Below, piece after piece: positions 9,128 through 23,400 of a stretch of 64,000 nucleotides of DNA. Within the stretch, counting starts at the first letter, position 1. Every line of letters starts with the position of its first letter. The notes under the pieces are model-generated. The model was not told the DNA's origin and ran no database searches. It worked only from the letters and a program-made list of their open reading frames with translations. The stretch comes from a virus, in IMG/VR virus record IMGVR_UViG_3300006001_000012. The stretch is one strand, 5' to 3'. The translations under genes and the position numbers were made by a program.

Positions 9128-11415
9128 TGGGAAGGTTTTATCAAACGGCGCGACCTGAGTTTGTCGATAACTTCATTTATGAACCCCCGTGGGAACAGCT
9201 AGAAGCGGGGCTTCTGCAAAAAGACGAAGAGATAAGCAAACAAATGGACACTATTGACTTCTATCGGAACGTCCCGATGGAGTACGCCCCCTGGGATAAG
9301 GAAAACGTATTGCAAGCGCAGGAAGAAATCGCAAAAGGAACGGAAGAATTAGCCGCAGACATCAATGCCAATTTATTAAATCCCGAAAATGCTTCTAAAT
9401 TGAACATGTTTGGAAGAGAAGTGAGCAAGAAATTCATGACGGGGGATTTGGCGACTATCAGCGAAAATGCGAGGGAGTATAAAAAATATCAGGAGAATTA
9501 TGATAAACTGCAAAATCCTGCTGCCAGAGAAATGTATAAAGCAATGATAGAAAATCATGTAAATGAGAAGAGGAGATTGGGAGGAAAACCTATTGCTTTC
9601 AAATCCGAAGAAATGTATGATCCTATCAATTTGACAAATGAATTTTTAAGTTCTGCTTCATTCACTGCATTAAAACCAGATGTGCAGACTGCTTTTTTAG
9701 CCAGAAGAGACGGCAGATTCTATGATACAAAATCACTGGAAACGCAAAGTATTGACGACATACGAAAAGCATTTAAAGGATTTGTGGAAAACAATGACGC
9801 ATTGTTAAGATATTTTAAAAGCTATGATAAATATGACAGAAACAGTCCTTTGAAATATCTGAAAAACGGATTTGTCAGTTTTGATCCAGGCAGTAAGTTA
9901 GCGTATGAAATGGAGAATTTAGCTCCTTATGAATACAAGAAAGAAACTATTCAAACGCATACAGATCCATATACAATGAGATCTGGAGGACGCGGAGGTT
10001 CATTGGCTAAAAAATTAAATGTTCCAGACGGCGTAGTAGCATTTAATAAATCCATAGAGATGATGACTATGTCTGATACCAGAGAAGATCATCTTAGAAA
10101 ACCTATAAAGGATATATATAAAACAGTAAATGTTTTTAGCCGGAAATATAACAAACAACACGCAGAAGCAATTGCAAAAGGAGATATTAATCCTCTTCCG
10201 ATATACGATTTAGACACTACTCCCACCAACGTTTTGTATTCTGACACAATAGCAATGCTTGACGGCTTAACGAAAAAAGGTTTTTCAGACGGTGATATAG
10301 CAGCAATACAATTACTGAAAGATGATTTAAAGCAAAGAAAAGAAGCATGGGATAACAGCGTTGTTGCTTCATGGGATCAATTGCAGCAATATGGTTACAA
10401 ACAGGCAGATATTAATGCAATGAAAAAAACAATGGCAATAAAAGAAGATAACGGGTCATTGTTAAATATAGAAGGAGTAGTAGATTTAAGAGGACATATG
10501 ATAAATTTAGTGGATGTAAAAAACAAAGGAGTATATGTAGGGGAAAACGGATTGCAAAGTTTAATAGGTTCTATCGTAAGAGATCCCGATTCGGGAAGAG
10601 ATCTCAGAATAGGAAAAGTAATAGTGCATAAAGGAAGCACTCCTCTTGTTACGGGAGAAAAAACAGAAGGTAATTATATGATCTCGAATATAGAATTGGT
10701 AGGAGCAGGCAAACAAGGTTCTATTATGGCATCTTTTATGTTTAGCATGACAGAAGCGTCTCCTGAATCCAGCAGTCTCAGATCAAAACAAGAGAAAGAC
10801 AAGTATTTTAATTATACAACTGATAAAAAGAAACTTATAAGCAGAATAGAATATAAAGGCAAAGAACAAGGCGTAAAAACAAGAAGCAGCGATAAAATAT
10901 TAAGCTACGAAAGATACGATCAGTTAAAAAACAATAACGGTGATTTATTATTTACAAATGCAGACGAAACAGTTACTTATAGAAAAGTCCCCTGGTATGG
11001 GCTCGGTAATTATGAAGACGTAAAAACAGGCAAAAATTATAGCATAAGCGGCGAAAAACTTAAAGAGATTAAACCTATGCTGTCGGATAAAGCAATTTCC
11101 GTAGATACATTGCCCGATGACGCAGATATGTTTTTTTACAGACCTGTATATGAAAAAATAGCTGATGCGGAAACTCCAGAAGATCTTTATAGAAGCGAAG
11201 GAGGAGCAATACATATAAAAGATACTCTTCCTCGAAGAGGAGAAATTTATTCTAATCTCGAATATGACGAGAAATCCAAACGTCATTATTCAGGCAGAGG
11301 TGCTAATTTTTTAGAGTTGGCAGGATCAAAACCGGGTCTTACCGTTACTGTTAATACAGGAGGCAATCCTTCTTCTCCTGATGATAATGATAATGATGAA
11401 AATAAATCAGATTAA
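9127..11415 (+). CDS. Probable virion (cargo) protein of unknown function
   Basis: 762-aa ORF coupled to the previous gene by a TAATG overlap and lying directly upstream of the vRNAP gene. Function is inferred from position only. Confidence 0.5.
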   Translation: MGRFYQTARPEFVDNFIYEPPWEQLEAGLLQKDEEISKQMDTIDFYRNVPMEYAPWDKENVLQAQEEIAKGTEELAADINANLLNPENASKLNMFGREVSKKFMTGDLATISENAREYKKYQENYDKLQNPAAREMYKAMIENHVNEKRRLGGKPIAFKSEEMYDPINLTNEFLSSASFTALKPDVQTAFLARRDGRFYDTKSLETQSIDDIRKAFKGFVENNDALLRYFKSYDKYDRNSPLKYLKNGFVSFDPGSKLAYEMENLAPYEYKKETIQTHTDPYTMRSGGRGGSLAKKLNVPDGVVAFNKSIEMMTMSDTREDHLRKPIKDIYKTVNVFSRKYNKQHAEAIAKGDINPLPIYDLDTTPTNVLYSDTIAMLDGLTKKGFSDGDIAAIQLLKDDLKQRKEAWDNSVVASWDQLQQYGYKQADINAMKKTMAIKEDNGSLLNIEGVVDLRGHMINLVDVKNKGVYVGENGLQSLIGSIVRDPDSGRDLRIGKVIVHKGSTPLVTGEKTEGNYMISNIELVGAGKQGSIMASFMFSMTEASPESSSLRSKQEKDKYFNYTTDKKKLISRIEYKGKEQGVKTRSSDKILSYERYDQLKNNNGDLLFTNADETVTYRKVPWYGLGNYEDVKTGKNYSISGEKLKEIKPMLSDKAISVDTLPDDADMFFYRPVYEKIADAETPEDLYRSEGGAIHIKDTLPRRGEIYSNLEYDEKSKRHYSGRGANFLELAGSKPGLTVTVNTGGNPSSPDDNDNDENKSD

Positions 11416-11440
11416 AATAATAATAAAATAATATAAAATT

Positions 11441-14400
11441 ATGGGAAGATTAGGAGACGATATAAAACTGGGATTTTTAGAAAATCTAAGATCCGCAGAA
11501 GAAATGGATCCAGAAATGGCGGCAAAAGATTATGCCACCTATGAAAGTCTCAGAAGAAGATTGCTTGCGGAAGGAATAGATATCAGAACATACAAAAAAC
11601 CTGCGGAGGAGGAATATGAAGATGCAACAGAAACAACAGAAACTCCTGTTTCTCCTCCTTCGGTAGTTTCTACTCCTTCGGTAGTTTCTACTCCTTCGGT
11701 AGTTTCTACTCCTTCTTCTGTAATTGCTGATACTGTTCGTACTCCTATGCCTCCTGATCTTCCTCCTGCCAGAAAAGAGGACGGGACGGAACTTACTCAA
11801 CAAGAAAAAGAACAGTGGTATAAAGAGAATGAAACAGCAGGAGGAAAAAAACTAACAAAAGAAGAAAAAGAAAAACAAAAAAAGATAAAAGAAATAGAAA
11901 AAACGCCTGCGTATCTGATATATGCAAATAATGTTCGTAAAGCTGCCATTGAAGAACAATTAAAAGAAACTGCGCTTTATAAAGAAAAAATAAAAGGTCT
12001 TGAACCTAATGAAATAATGGCATCAGGTGAATTAGAAGATTTAGTACTTAAACAAAAAGTAGAACCTGAACTTCCAGACAGATATAGAGAAGTTATCAGA
12101 AGAATACACAGCATAGAAGCTAGTTCAAAGGCGCTTAACAATCAAAATACAGCGGAAAAAGATTATGACGAAGCCAAAGGATTCTTGTCTAATGCAGGCA
12201 ATTTAATCGCTTATAAATGGTATGACTGGACTACTCGCGACAATACTACTTCTGGAATGAGTCCGAAAGTAGCAAAAGAATATCGCGAATTATTGAAGGA
12301 AAGAGATAAACTTTTAAAACCTGTCGCACATGACCACATGGAGAAATTCAATGCCAAAAAAGATCCTATGGTCGCATATCAAAAACAACCTTTTTATAAG
12401 GTAGAAGGAAATTATAAGTACCGTACTACCCGCATAGGAACAATAGTAAAAACGGAAGAATATTATCGTGTTCCAAAATCAGAAGTGGCAAGTCAAGAAG
12501 AAGCTAATTCATTGTCCAAAGAAGCATTGGAAAAGTATCGCAAAAAATATGACGACAACGAAATATTAATTGAAAAAATAGACGATGCTTCCCAAAGATT
12601 GAAAGATTATATAAATGACGAAGGATTATATGCGGGATTCATGAGTCAAAAAAAACAATGGCTGACGGGAGGTCTTTACGGATTGAAAGAATTATCGGAA
12701 AGCGCAGGCATTGCTTATAAAGCCAGAAAAAAAGGATGGGACAGTCTTACGGACTATGAAAAAGAAGTGCTGGAAATAGAACAATTGAAGCAGGGAGTAC
12801 AGCATTTGGATATGGGGAAAAATAATTTTATGTATGCGCTGGGAGAAGGATTCGCGGTATCTATTCCTCTTATACAACAAATTTTATTGACTGCGGGAAC
12901 AGGCACTTCTTTAGCCGCAGGAGTTTCTGCGATTTCAGGACTCGGTCGCAGAATAGCTCAACAATCATTGAGAAACGCCGCAGAGGCTTCTATCAGAACT
13001 TTGTTTAGATCAATAACCATAGGAGCAGCCAATATAACCAGAAGTCAAGGTTGGAGGATGCTCGGTTTAAGAGGCATAGAAAAAGGAATAATAAATCCTT
13101 TGGTTAATATAGGCACTCAAACCGCGCTTTCTCCTTTTAGTTATTCCAGAGCCGCAGAAAGATATATCGGTCCCTTGCAATATGTAGAAGACGAAAACGG
13201 AAAAGGACAAATTTTGCTTACCGAGAACATGAGACTGTCTTTTTTACAGCAAGGCAAAGCAGAACTAATAAAATTAGAAAATCAATTTGACGAAGTAGAA
13301 AAAATAAAAGATCCGAAAGAAAGAGAAGAAGCAGAACGCAAACTTCATTTAAGATATTTAGAATTGCGAAAACAAATAGACAGCATATACGATCCATACG
13401 GAAAAGACCCTGAACAAGTAATTAAAGAAGTAGGAATAGGAGCGGCTTTGGCTTATGGATGGGGAGAAGGTTTTAAAGAATTATTTTCCGAGAGATTTGT
13501 GGGACAATGGGCTTCTGCATTAACTCGTCCCGCAGGAAGATTTTTGGGAAAAGGAATAGGAAAGGCTTGGGACATGGTTTCTAATCCTACGCTCAGAAAA
13601 GTTTTTAACGGCAAAGCATTAGGCACTCCCGCAGACGCATTAGACGAAATGAATATGTTAGCAAAGAAATTTGGCAAAGCTCGCAACGGGGCTTTTAGCA
13701 AAAATGCTTTCTTTCATATAAAACTTGGAAATCTATGGCATGGTCTGCTTCCAGAAATGGCAGAAGAAATAGCCGTATCCCTTACTCCCAGCATAGGAGC
13801 AGGATGGAGTTCAAAAGAATACGAAGAACAACTTAAAGAATTAAGAACACAGGAATTTTATGTCAATGTGCTTTCTCAAACCGCATTGATGGGAGGCACG
13901 ATGATAGGAGCAAGTTATGCGCATCATTTAGGCAATTATTATTTAAGCAAATCATATAATGAAGATTATAAGCAATTAAAAGCAGAAAAAAGGATGCTCA
14001 GAGATCTTTTTCAAGCCATAGATCAAGGAGTCGAAAATGACGAATTGGTAAAAAAGATAATGATGAGCGTAAACGATGCAACTTATTTTACGCAAGATTA
14101 CCAAGAACAAATCAGCAAATTAAGAGCAGAGAATACTAAAGCAAGTCATGAACAAGCCAATGCGTTAGAACAAGCTCAGTTCTATAATCATGCGATTACT
14201 GCCATGAAAACGGGGCAATTAAAAGCCTTTAAAAGAAGTTTGGAAAGACAGATTGAACAGAGAAACGAAAGTACCGAAACTGAGGAGACCAAAAGAACTA
14301 TGGAAAGCGTGGTAAAGGCAATGCAGACCATTGAATATTTACAAGAAATACAAGAAAAATACGAAGAACATCCCAATCAAGGAGCATTGATTAATCTTGA

Positions 14401-17400
14401 AATTAACAGACTCCATAATAAAAGAAACATTGAAGAATTAAATAAAAATATCGATGATAAAACTAAACAAGCCGAATTAATTGCTGCCATAGAAGCGTTT
14501 AAAATAGCAGAACAGGCAAAATGGGATTCTCCAGACAATGTAGATGAAAACGGAAACAGATTAAATTTAGACAAAGACGGAAAACAAATAGAATATGAAT
14601 ATAAAGACTATGTATTAAATTTTGCCGATCTCAGCGCAAATGACATGCAGTTTCTAAGCAGTGTGATGAACGCAGGATTGGATGCAAATAACATAATAAG
14701 TTCCATGATGTTCAGAGATATGAATCAAGGAATGATAAATGAATATCAAATGCAGATTGCGGCAGGGGCAAACGAAAAGGTAATTAAACAAGTAAGAGCA
14801 CAGGAATTAAAAGAACAAAAAGAACAGATAGATAACAGTAAAGATATAAAAGCATTACAGCAAATTGTCGATTCTTTGATTATTACCGATGATAAATTAA
14901 AAGCTCTTGCACAGGCTAAAATCAATAAATTAAACGGAATTGCTCAGATTACAGGAAGCGCGGATACTGCATGGAAAGCAGTACATCGCAATTCTAATCA
15001 AGGGTTAGTTGATCCCGAAGCAAAGGGATTAATGGACGAAATAGGAAAAAATAAAAATCAACCTAAGCCTGAACAACCTAAACACGGCAGTCCTAAAAAT
15101 CCTTCTGGAAGGCAAACTCAGACTCAGCAAGAAGAAACTCCTCAGACTCCTTCTAAACCTTATAAATCATCAAAAGCAAGACAATTGATGAATCGTCTTA
15201 ATGATCAACCAAGCAAGAGAGCCGATGTTGAAAGATTAGAAGCAGAAGTGGCTAGTCATAGAATAGTTTTTGGAAATGAAACAAAAGAAGAAAGAAAAAT
15301 AAGAGAGGCTAAATTAAACGAATATGAAAAACAATTAAACGTAGCCAGAGCTATATTAACAGGCATAAATAATGAAATAGAAAAAATACTGCAAGAAAGA
15401 ATAAAAGAAATTAAAGAAAGGATAGCTCAGGAAAGATATATTAGAAAATCATTGATAGTCAATAAAAAGCAAAAAGTAAAATACGAAAGAGATTTAGCCA
15501 AACTAAACAATAAAAAGAAATTAACGCCAACAGAAGAAAAACAGAAGAAACAACTTACAGAAGATATTAAATCGCTTAACAAAAGCATAAATGAAGATAT
15601 AAAAAGATTAAACGAACTTGAAATCTTGAACCGACATGACAAGCAACGCATAACGCAAAATCAACTTACTAAAACAAATACAAAATTTAAAGGAAAAGAT
15701 TTTAAGAAGTTAGTGATGGGAGGCATATTCTGGGGATACAGACATCGTTTTAATGCTTCGACATTATCTGGCGGTTCAGTAGATCAGTTAAATGATCTTA
15801 TTGAAACCATAGAGGAAGTGCTTAAAAAAATGGATGCGCACAAAAGAAAAAAAGGAGGAAAAGAAAATGGAACAAGGCAAGAACAGAGAAAGAATATGCT
15901 TCAATGGCTAGAAGCCGCAAAACATAATTTACAAATACATGAAGAAATTCTTGAAGAAAGCATTGTATTGACTAATACCGCAGATATAGTAGAAACAGAA
16001 GAAGATCAAAAAAAGATAGTAACGCTAAAAAATAAAATAGAAGCAAGCGAAAGACTTCTCAAAATAAAAGAAGAAAAAAGAGACAATTTTGGCGAAGCTG
16101 ATACTAAAAAGAAAAAAATACAATTAGAAGCAATTAACACTGACATCAATACTTATGAAACAAATTTAGAAGGATATAGAAAAGAATTGGCAGAACTTGA
16201 ATTTGAGGTAGAAAATGAATTACGGAGACAACGCGGAGAAGAACTTTTAGAACGAGAAATTCCTCAAGCAAAAGAAGAAAAACAAGAACAAGAACAAGAA
16301 CAAGAAGAAAACGAACTTTCTGAATCTGAAAAACAAGATAAACTAGAATCTTTAAAAAAGGAACTAGAAAGATTAGACGCAGAAATAGATCATCTTTCTA
16401 AACAGGGTACTGAACTTAAAGAAAAACGAATAGAATTAGAAAGTAAAATAGCATTAGAAAGCAGATCAGAAAAAGCAACAGATGAAGCAGAAAGAGCAAA
16501 AGAAATAGAAGAGATTGAAAAATTAAAAAAAGAAATAGATGACTTATATGATAAAGAATGGGAGAGTTCACGTCAAAGAGCTGATATTGAAAAAGAAATT
16601 CAGGATTTAGAAGAGGGAGAATTAGAAAAACCAGAAAAATCAAAGGATCGTTTAATCAATGAAGCCAGAAACCGCTTATTTACTAAAAATAGAGATTTAA
16701 GATCGAATAAAAGAACTCTGCAAAGACTTCATAGAACAGGAGGAGCTGAAAAAACAATAAAATATTTTGAAGGGGAAATTGAAAAAGATGAAGCAGAAAT
16801 TATAGCTATTGAAAAAGAATTAAAAGACCTTGAAAATAGGACTCAATCTGTTCCTCAACAGGAAAATCAACAAGAGAATCAGCAAGAACAAAATCAAGAA
16901 CAAAATCAAGAGACTCCTGAAACAGAACAAGAGCGAGAGCAAAACCAAGAAGAACAAAAGAGACAAAAGGAACGAGAGAAAAAACAATCTGAAATAGATT
17001 CTTTAAGAAAAGAGTATGAAGAATTAGATGCAAAAGAGGAAGTAAATCGCAACGAAATTAAAAAACTTGAAGAAGAAAAGAAAAAATTAAGCGAAATTGA
17101 AAATAAAGACGAAAGGAAGAAGAAAGAAGAAAAATTACAAAAAACCATAGATGAATTAAAAGAAAAAAATAAGGATATTCTTTTTAATATAGTAAGCATT
17201 GAAAATAAACTTCAAGAACTGCATAAAGAAAACTTTAAAGATGAAGCAGGACAATCTGGCAATCCTTTAATTGATGATGCCAAATATCGTTTAATGGTAA
17301 AAAAAGAAGAACTTAAAAGAATTAAAAGATATTTACAAAGAGCGCAAAAAAGAGGAGATGGTATAGCAAAAACTTTTGAAGAACAAATTAAAGATACTGT

Positions 17401-20400
17401 TGCTGAAATTACAGCTATTGAAAAAGAATTGCAGGAGCTTGGTGCTGTCGCAGAAAAACAAAACCAACAGGAAACTCCTCCTGTTACGCAACAGACTCAG
17501 CCTGCTCCTAAAGCTGCTCCTCCTGCTACAACCAGAGAAGGCAAGATAAAAGAATTAGAGAAGTTGGATGATCAGATAGCAGAGCTTGAAATACAGTACA
17601 ATTTAGCTCAAGGAGAAGCAGACGGAGCTGACAATTCGTTGAATTTTTATGACAGACAAGAAAACAAAGGAACAAAAGAATTACATTCAGAAAAAATAAA
17701 AAAATTAGAAAAATTAAAAGAAGAAAAAGAAAAGATTGCAAATGATTTGGCAAACCAGTTGCACTCGTTGCAAGAAAAAAGAGACGCTTTGGAAGAAGAA
17801 CTTTATACAGAAGAATTTGGAGCGGAAGAAGCTCCGTTTAAAGAACATGACGACTTCAAAACAAATGAACTTCAAAAAGAATTACAGAAGTCGAGAGAAA
17901 TGATAAAAAATTTGAGAAAAAAACTTGCCAGAAATTTAAGAGAAGCAAAAAAGATAAAGGAAAGATTTGATAAACAAGATGATATAAAACAAAAAGCAGT
18001 CGAAGCAAATACTGCCAATCATTACTATACGCAAAGTTATATTTCTCCCGAAGAACACGCAAAACAAAGACAAGAGACAGAAGAACGAATAGCAAAACTT
18101 GAAAAAAGAATTGCCGAAATAGAAAAAACATTAAATATTTCTAAAGAAACTTCTAAAACTGAAACTACTAAGACAGAAGAACAAAAACAACCTGTTCAGT
18201 TAGATCCTAAAACAGAAGCAAAAAAGAAAAAATATGAAGAAGAACTTGCAGCATTGCAAGCACAACTTAATAAAGAGAAAGATCCCCGCAAGATCGCAAA
18301 ACTCAAAATAGCAATCAAAGATACAACATCTTTAATTGACGGACTGGGAAAGAAAGTTCCTGTTGTGCAACCGCAGTTAGAACGCGAACATGAAGAACCG
18401 ATTCCTGAAAATAATGAAGAAGATAACGAAGAAACTCCTGCTGATGAAACTAACACTGATGACACTCCTGTTAAAGAACTTAATCCTGACGAATTTTATC
18501 TCAGTCCTCAAACCGAAGGATTAAGTCCAGAAGACGAAGCATTAAGAAATAAGACATTGCCTGTCGTAGATAAACTTAAAGAAGTTGCGGAATTAGAAGG
18601 AAAAACTGCTCCTACATTTGATGATTATATCAAATATATGCAAATGCAGTATCTTAAATTACGAGGAAAAGCAGGATTAGAAGAGATGGAAACATTTTTC
18701 ATGTCTTTTGCAAAAGCATGGAAATTGGCAGGAATGACTTTTAAAGAAGGTGAGATCATGGCTGCGCATAAAAATAACTTTGCCAATATATTAGCAGAAA
18801 AAGCAAAAATCCAACAACAACAAACACAGCAACAAACACAGCAGACTTCTAATCCGCAAATGGTAAATGCGCAGAATCAGGCTACCAATACGAAGGCGCA
18901 ACAAACGACAAAAGAATTAGTAAATCCCAATAAACCAGGAGATCAAACTGCGAAAGGACAAGTAAAAAAAGCAGAGGAGGACAAAAGGTCTAAATCCGAA
19001 GAAATAAAGTTGCCTGTGTACGGAGAAGTAACGGAAAGAACAGGCACTAAAAAATTTAATCTGGTACAAAGGGCATGGCAGGTAGTAAAAGCTATCGGAA
19101 ATCATTTTATTTTTGACAGTAATTTTGCTTCTATCGCGGAACGGGAAGCAATAGACAATCCTCAATCCCTTACCGCAAGACAATATGACGATGACGATTA
19201 TATAATGCCCAGCGGATATTCTGACGTTACCAATTTAACTCTTATTGACAGAAATGAACAAGCGCAAACGCCTTTAATAATAGACAAGAAAGGAGTTACG
19301 TGGGGAGAGGCTAAAGCCAAAGCACAACAAATTTATCAAGGTGACTTATATCAACAATGGTTTGATCAGTTTGTTCCCATGCGAGTAGTATATGCAGGGA
19401 AAATGAACAGAACAAGAAATGAACAAGGAGAAGAGGTACAGGGAGAAGATGCAATTTCCATAGTACGCAATCATGAGTTTTACAGAGATCAGCATGAATC
19501 GGTGGCAGCAGGAGGAGAAGAAGCGGCAAGGAAAACAAGAGCATTGAGAAGGACTGTGGGAAGAACCGAAGAAAAAAGACTTCCTATACGATTTAAAAAC
19601 AGATCTTACGGAACTTGGAGAAGTCTTGCAGATCAATATGAAACCGTAACGGACGCAAACGGAGGACAGAAACTGCAACGCAAATTCCCTATTGAAAATA
19701 TAGGAGAAAAGGGGGTTTCTGTGGAATTGGTATTGGTACGCAGATTTAAAGACGGGACGGTTAAATATGAAACCGCAGACAAAAAACCTTTTGAGAAAGC
19801 ATTGCTTACTTCTTTAAGACCAGGACTTAATGCGGGAAATAAATCGGTAGAAACAGGCGAAAGCAACGTGAGTACGGTTATCATGGTACATGCTTATACC
19901 GATTCGGCTGGAAAACAATATTATGTTCCGATTACGGTAATGACTCAACAGCAAGAGGACGGAAAGTTCAGGTTACAGGAGGAAGTATTGAATACCGTTA
20001 AATATTCAGTTCTGGCGGGCATGATGGCGCGTGTGCAAAAAATGGCAAACATCGAAGCAGAAAATAACGAAGCATTGCGCAAGAAGAATCCAAATATGAA
20101 AACAGAAAATCTTCCTTCAACGGCAAAAAACATGATGGAATCTTTAATTAAATTATTTGAAGAAAAGTACGGAATTAAAAAATCACAACTTGACGCGATC
20201 GCAAAAAGCATTAAAGACGGAGGATTGTCAATTAATACAGAGGACGGATTAACGGAATACATAGAAAGTTTTTGTAAAAATCCCGTTGAGGGACAAGAAC
20301 ATGCCGTCAGAGCAATGGTAAAATATTTTACGGACGAATTAAACAATATACAAAATGCTTTAATTAAAAATAAAGACTCAAAGCAAATTGATCCGATTAT

Positions 20401-23400
20401 TAATTCGGGTTTGGAAGCGTTTTCAAATATGTTTAATAAAGTGATGGGAGAAAAAGGAAGTTTCAGAGACAAATTCAAAGTTCGTTTCAACTTAAAATCA
20501 GCTTTAAATAAAAATAAAGTTACCGTAATAGACAAAGACGGAAACGTAAAACCCGATAAAAAAAGCTACAATGACACCATGCTTGATTTCTATTATACGG
20601 AAATCGCATTGACTCCCATAGACACCATTGACGGAGAGAAAAAATTAGCGGTGGACGTATCTCCTCACATCGAGTTGGATTATACGGAGGACGGAATGGA
20701 AGAAGCTCCTTCCGAAACTCCTCCTGCGCAAGGACAACAACAGGGCTTTAAAATGCAGACGCCAGATCCTATTCCTGAAACAGAAGATGCTCCTGAAAAA
20801 GAGGAGAAAGAGGAGAAAGAGGAGAAAAAAGAAGAAAAAGAGGAAAAGAAGGAAGAGAAAAAAGAAGAGAAAAAGGAAGAGAAAAAAGAAGAGAAAAAGG
20901 AAGAAAAAGCTCCCGTAGCAGAAAGCAAACATACAACCAATGCCCGATGGATGGGATTGGCTCATCTTGCTTGGTCAAGAGAAAGCATAAATAATCTGAT
21001 ACAAAAGATTGCGCAGGAAGGAATGACGTTACAGCAATTTTTTGAATTAGGCACAAAAGGAAAGAGAGCGGTTTGGAGAAGTAAATTCAAATTAACCGAT
21101 GATCGAATAAAGGATTTAGAAAAAATCAATTCTAAAGCCGTATTGAAAAAAAATGAGGCAATGTCCGAGAGGTTGGAAAAAGAAGGAGTAGAAATAATAT
21201 CGATTACCGATGCTAAATCTTATCCTCAGTCATTAATAGAAAAGTTAGGGAAAGCAAAAGCGCCTACAATCCTTTATATAAAAGGAAATAAAGCTATTCT
21301 TCAAAAAGGAGCAATTACCATAGTAGGCTCAAGAGATGTTTCGCCCAGAGGTTTGAATTTTGCGCGTCATGTGGCAGGGCTTGTCGTAAAAGCAGGAAAA
21401 GCAGTAGTAAGCGGATTTGCAGACGGAACAGACAAAGCGGCTGCCATTGCAGCTTTAAACAACGGAGGTCAGAGTATAGCCGTGCTCCCTCAAGGAATAT
21501 TGACTTATGGAAAAGACAAAGATTTTGATTTTGACAGCCATGTAACAAAGGACGGAAATTTAGTAATGGTCAGCGAGTTTCCTCCCGAAAAGAAACGGAC
21601 AAGGGATATGGTTATGCAAAGAAACGCTACTGTATATGCGTTGGGAGAAGAGGTATTTGTAGGAGAATCTGTTAAAAAAGGAGATACATGGAAAGGCGCG
21701 TTGGAATGGTTAAAAAGAGGCAGTCAGATGAGGATTCATGTACTTAAACCTGCTACTGAAAAAGAAAAAACTGCCAATCAAGATCTTATTGACATAAAAG
21801 AAGGAGTTATTGCAGTAGATCCAGAAATGAATAAATTGCCTGTGCATACTGCCAGACAGATAACCAGAGAAGAAGAACTTCAATTAAAACAAGAAGAAGA
21901 AAACAGAAAAAAACAAGAACAAAAAACTAAGACAGAACAAGAATTGGAAAAACTCGCGCAAGAGGTAAATACAAAATTTATAAAGGACGGAAAGACTCCG
22001 CAGGAAGCTGCCGCGCTTACGGATAAAATGGTGGCAGGACAAAGAAATGCCATAACGGAAGAAGAGAAAGCAGAAAGAGAGAAAAAGAAAAAAGAAGAGT
22101 TGAAAAACAATCCGAAACAGGTAAGCGGACTGACTATTGAAGAACAGCAGATACTTCTTAATTCCATTAAACATAAAATTGCGTTGGAACTTGCTAAGTT
22201 GTTTCCTGCCAATTTTAACAAAGAAAATATCAAGAGAATAATACAAGAACAAATACAAGCCGTATTGAATAAAGGAATAGCGGATATAAGCAAGATATCA
22301 GGCGCGCTTGGTTCTATAAATACCAAAATGGCGAAAGACAATGTTCAAACCCAAAAAGATCTTTTGGAAAAATGGCAATCCGCTTTAGAGGAATATTCTA
22401 AATTAGAAAGCGAACTTCTTTCTTATTGGTCTAAGTTTACAGCCGTAGATTTAAGCACGGAAGAAGAAACGGGAAATGAAGAGATGGGAGACAAGAACGA
22501 AGCCTACGGCAAAAGTTCATTTGAGAAGAATATCATGCTTTCCTTTAGCAATCAAATGAAATTATTGTTTTACGGGATAGTGAGCACGCATCCTGGCACG
22601 GGCAGAGCAAGAGTCAATTCCATGAACATAGAACAATACGTGTCTCCCGAAGAAGCCTATGCCAAAGTATTGGACGTAACCACAAGCGTAGATTCTAATT
22701 GGACTGCCATATTAACGGAATTTAATAAAAGATATAACACCGTAAAAAGAAAGGCCATAGACGAAGAAGGCAACGAATATGAAATAGGAAACGAAATCTA
22801 TAAAGAACTTCTGACCAGAGTAAAAACTTTACAACTTTCTCAAAACAAAAGATTGAGAAACGAAATGCTTTATAAAATGTCAGCCAAGAAACTGACCATG
22901 CACAAATTGGTGATTGATTTCGGAAAAAGGGCTACGGACAAAAAAGGAAAATTTATTCAATTTAACGGAAAACCCGTATATAAGAGCGCGGGCATACAGG
23001 TATTAGACGAAAACAGCAATAAATCTTTAATTAAAATTAAAAGAAAAATCGTTAATTCTTTTGTAGAAAACTTTGGCATCAACGACAACGGAAAAACTAT
23101 TTTGAATAAACAATTTGTTCAAGAAAGACTTGCAGAAATAGAAACGATATTAGATACGAAAATCAAAACCGATCCTGTTATGATTAAAACTTTATTGGAT
23201 AAAATAGGTTTTGGAAACATCAGCGAATTGGCAATAGATCAATTCATAAGCAATCCGAACGGAAACAAAGATTTTCAACTGTACGGAGACGCGGGATTGA
23301 TTACGCTGCTTAATAAAAATTTGAGAAAATTGATGGAAAAGGCAAAAAATAATCCGAAATTTGAAATAAACAACGAGGACAATACAATCAATATTTTAAA

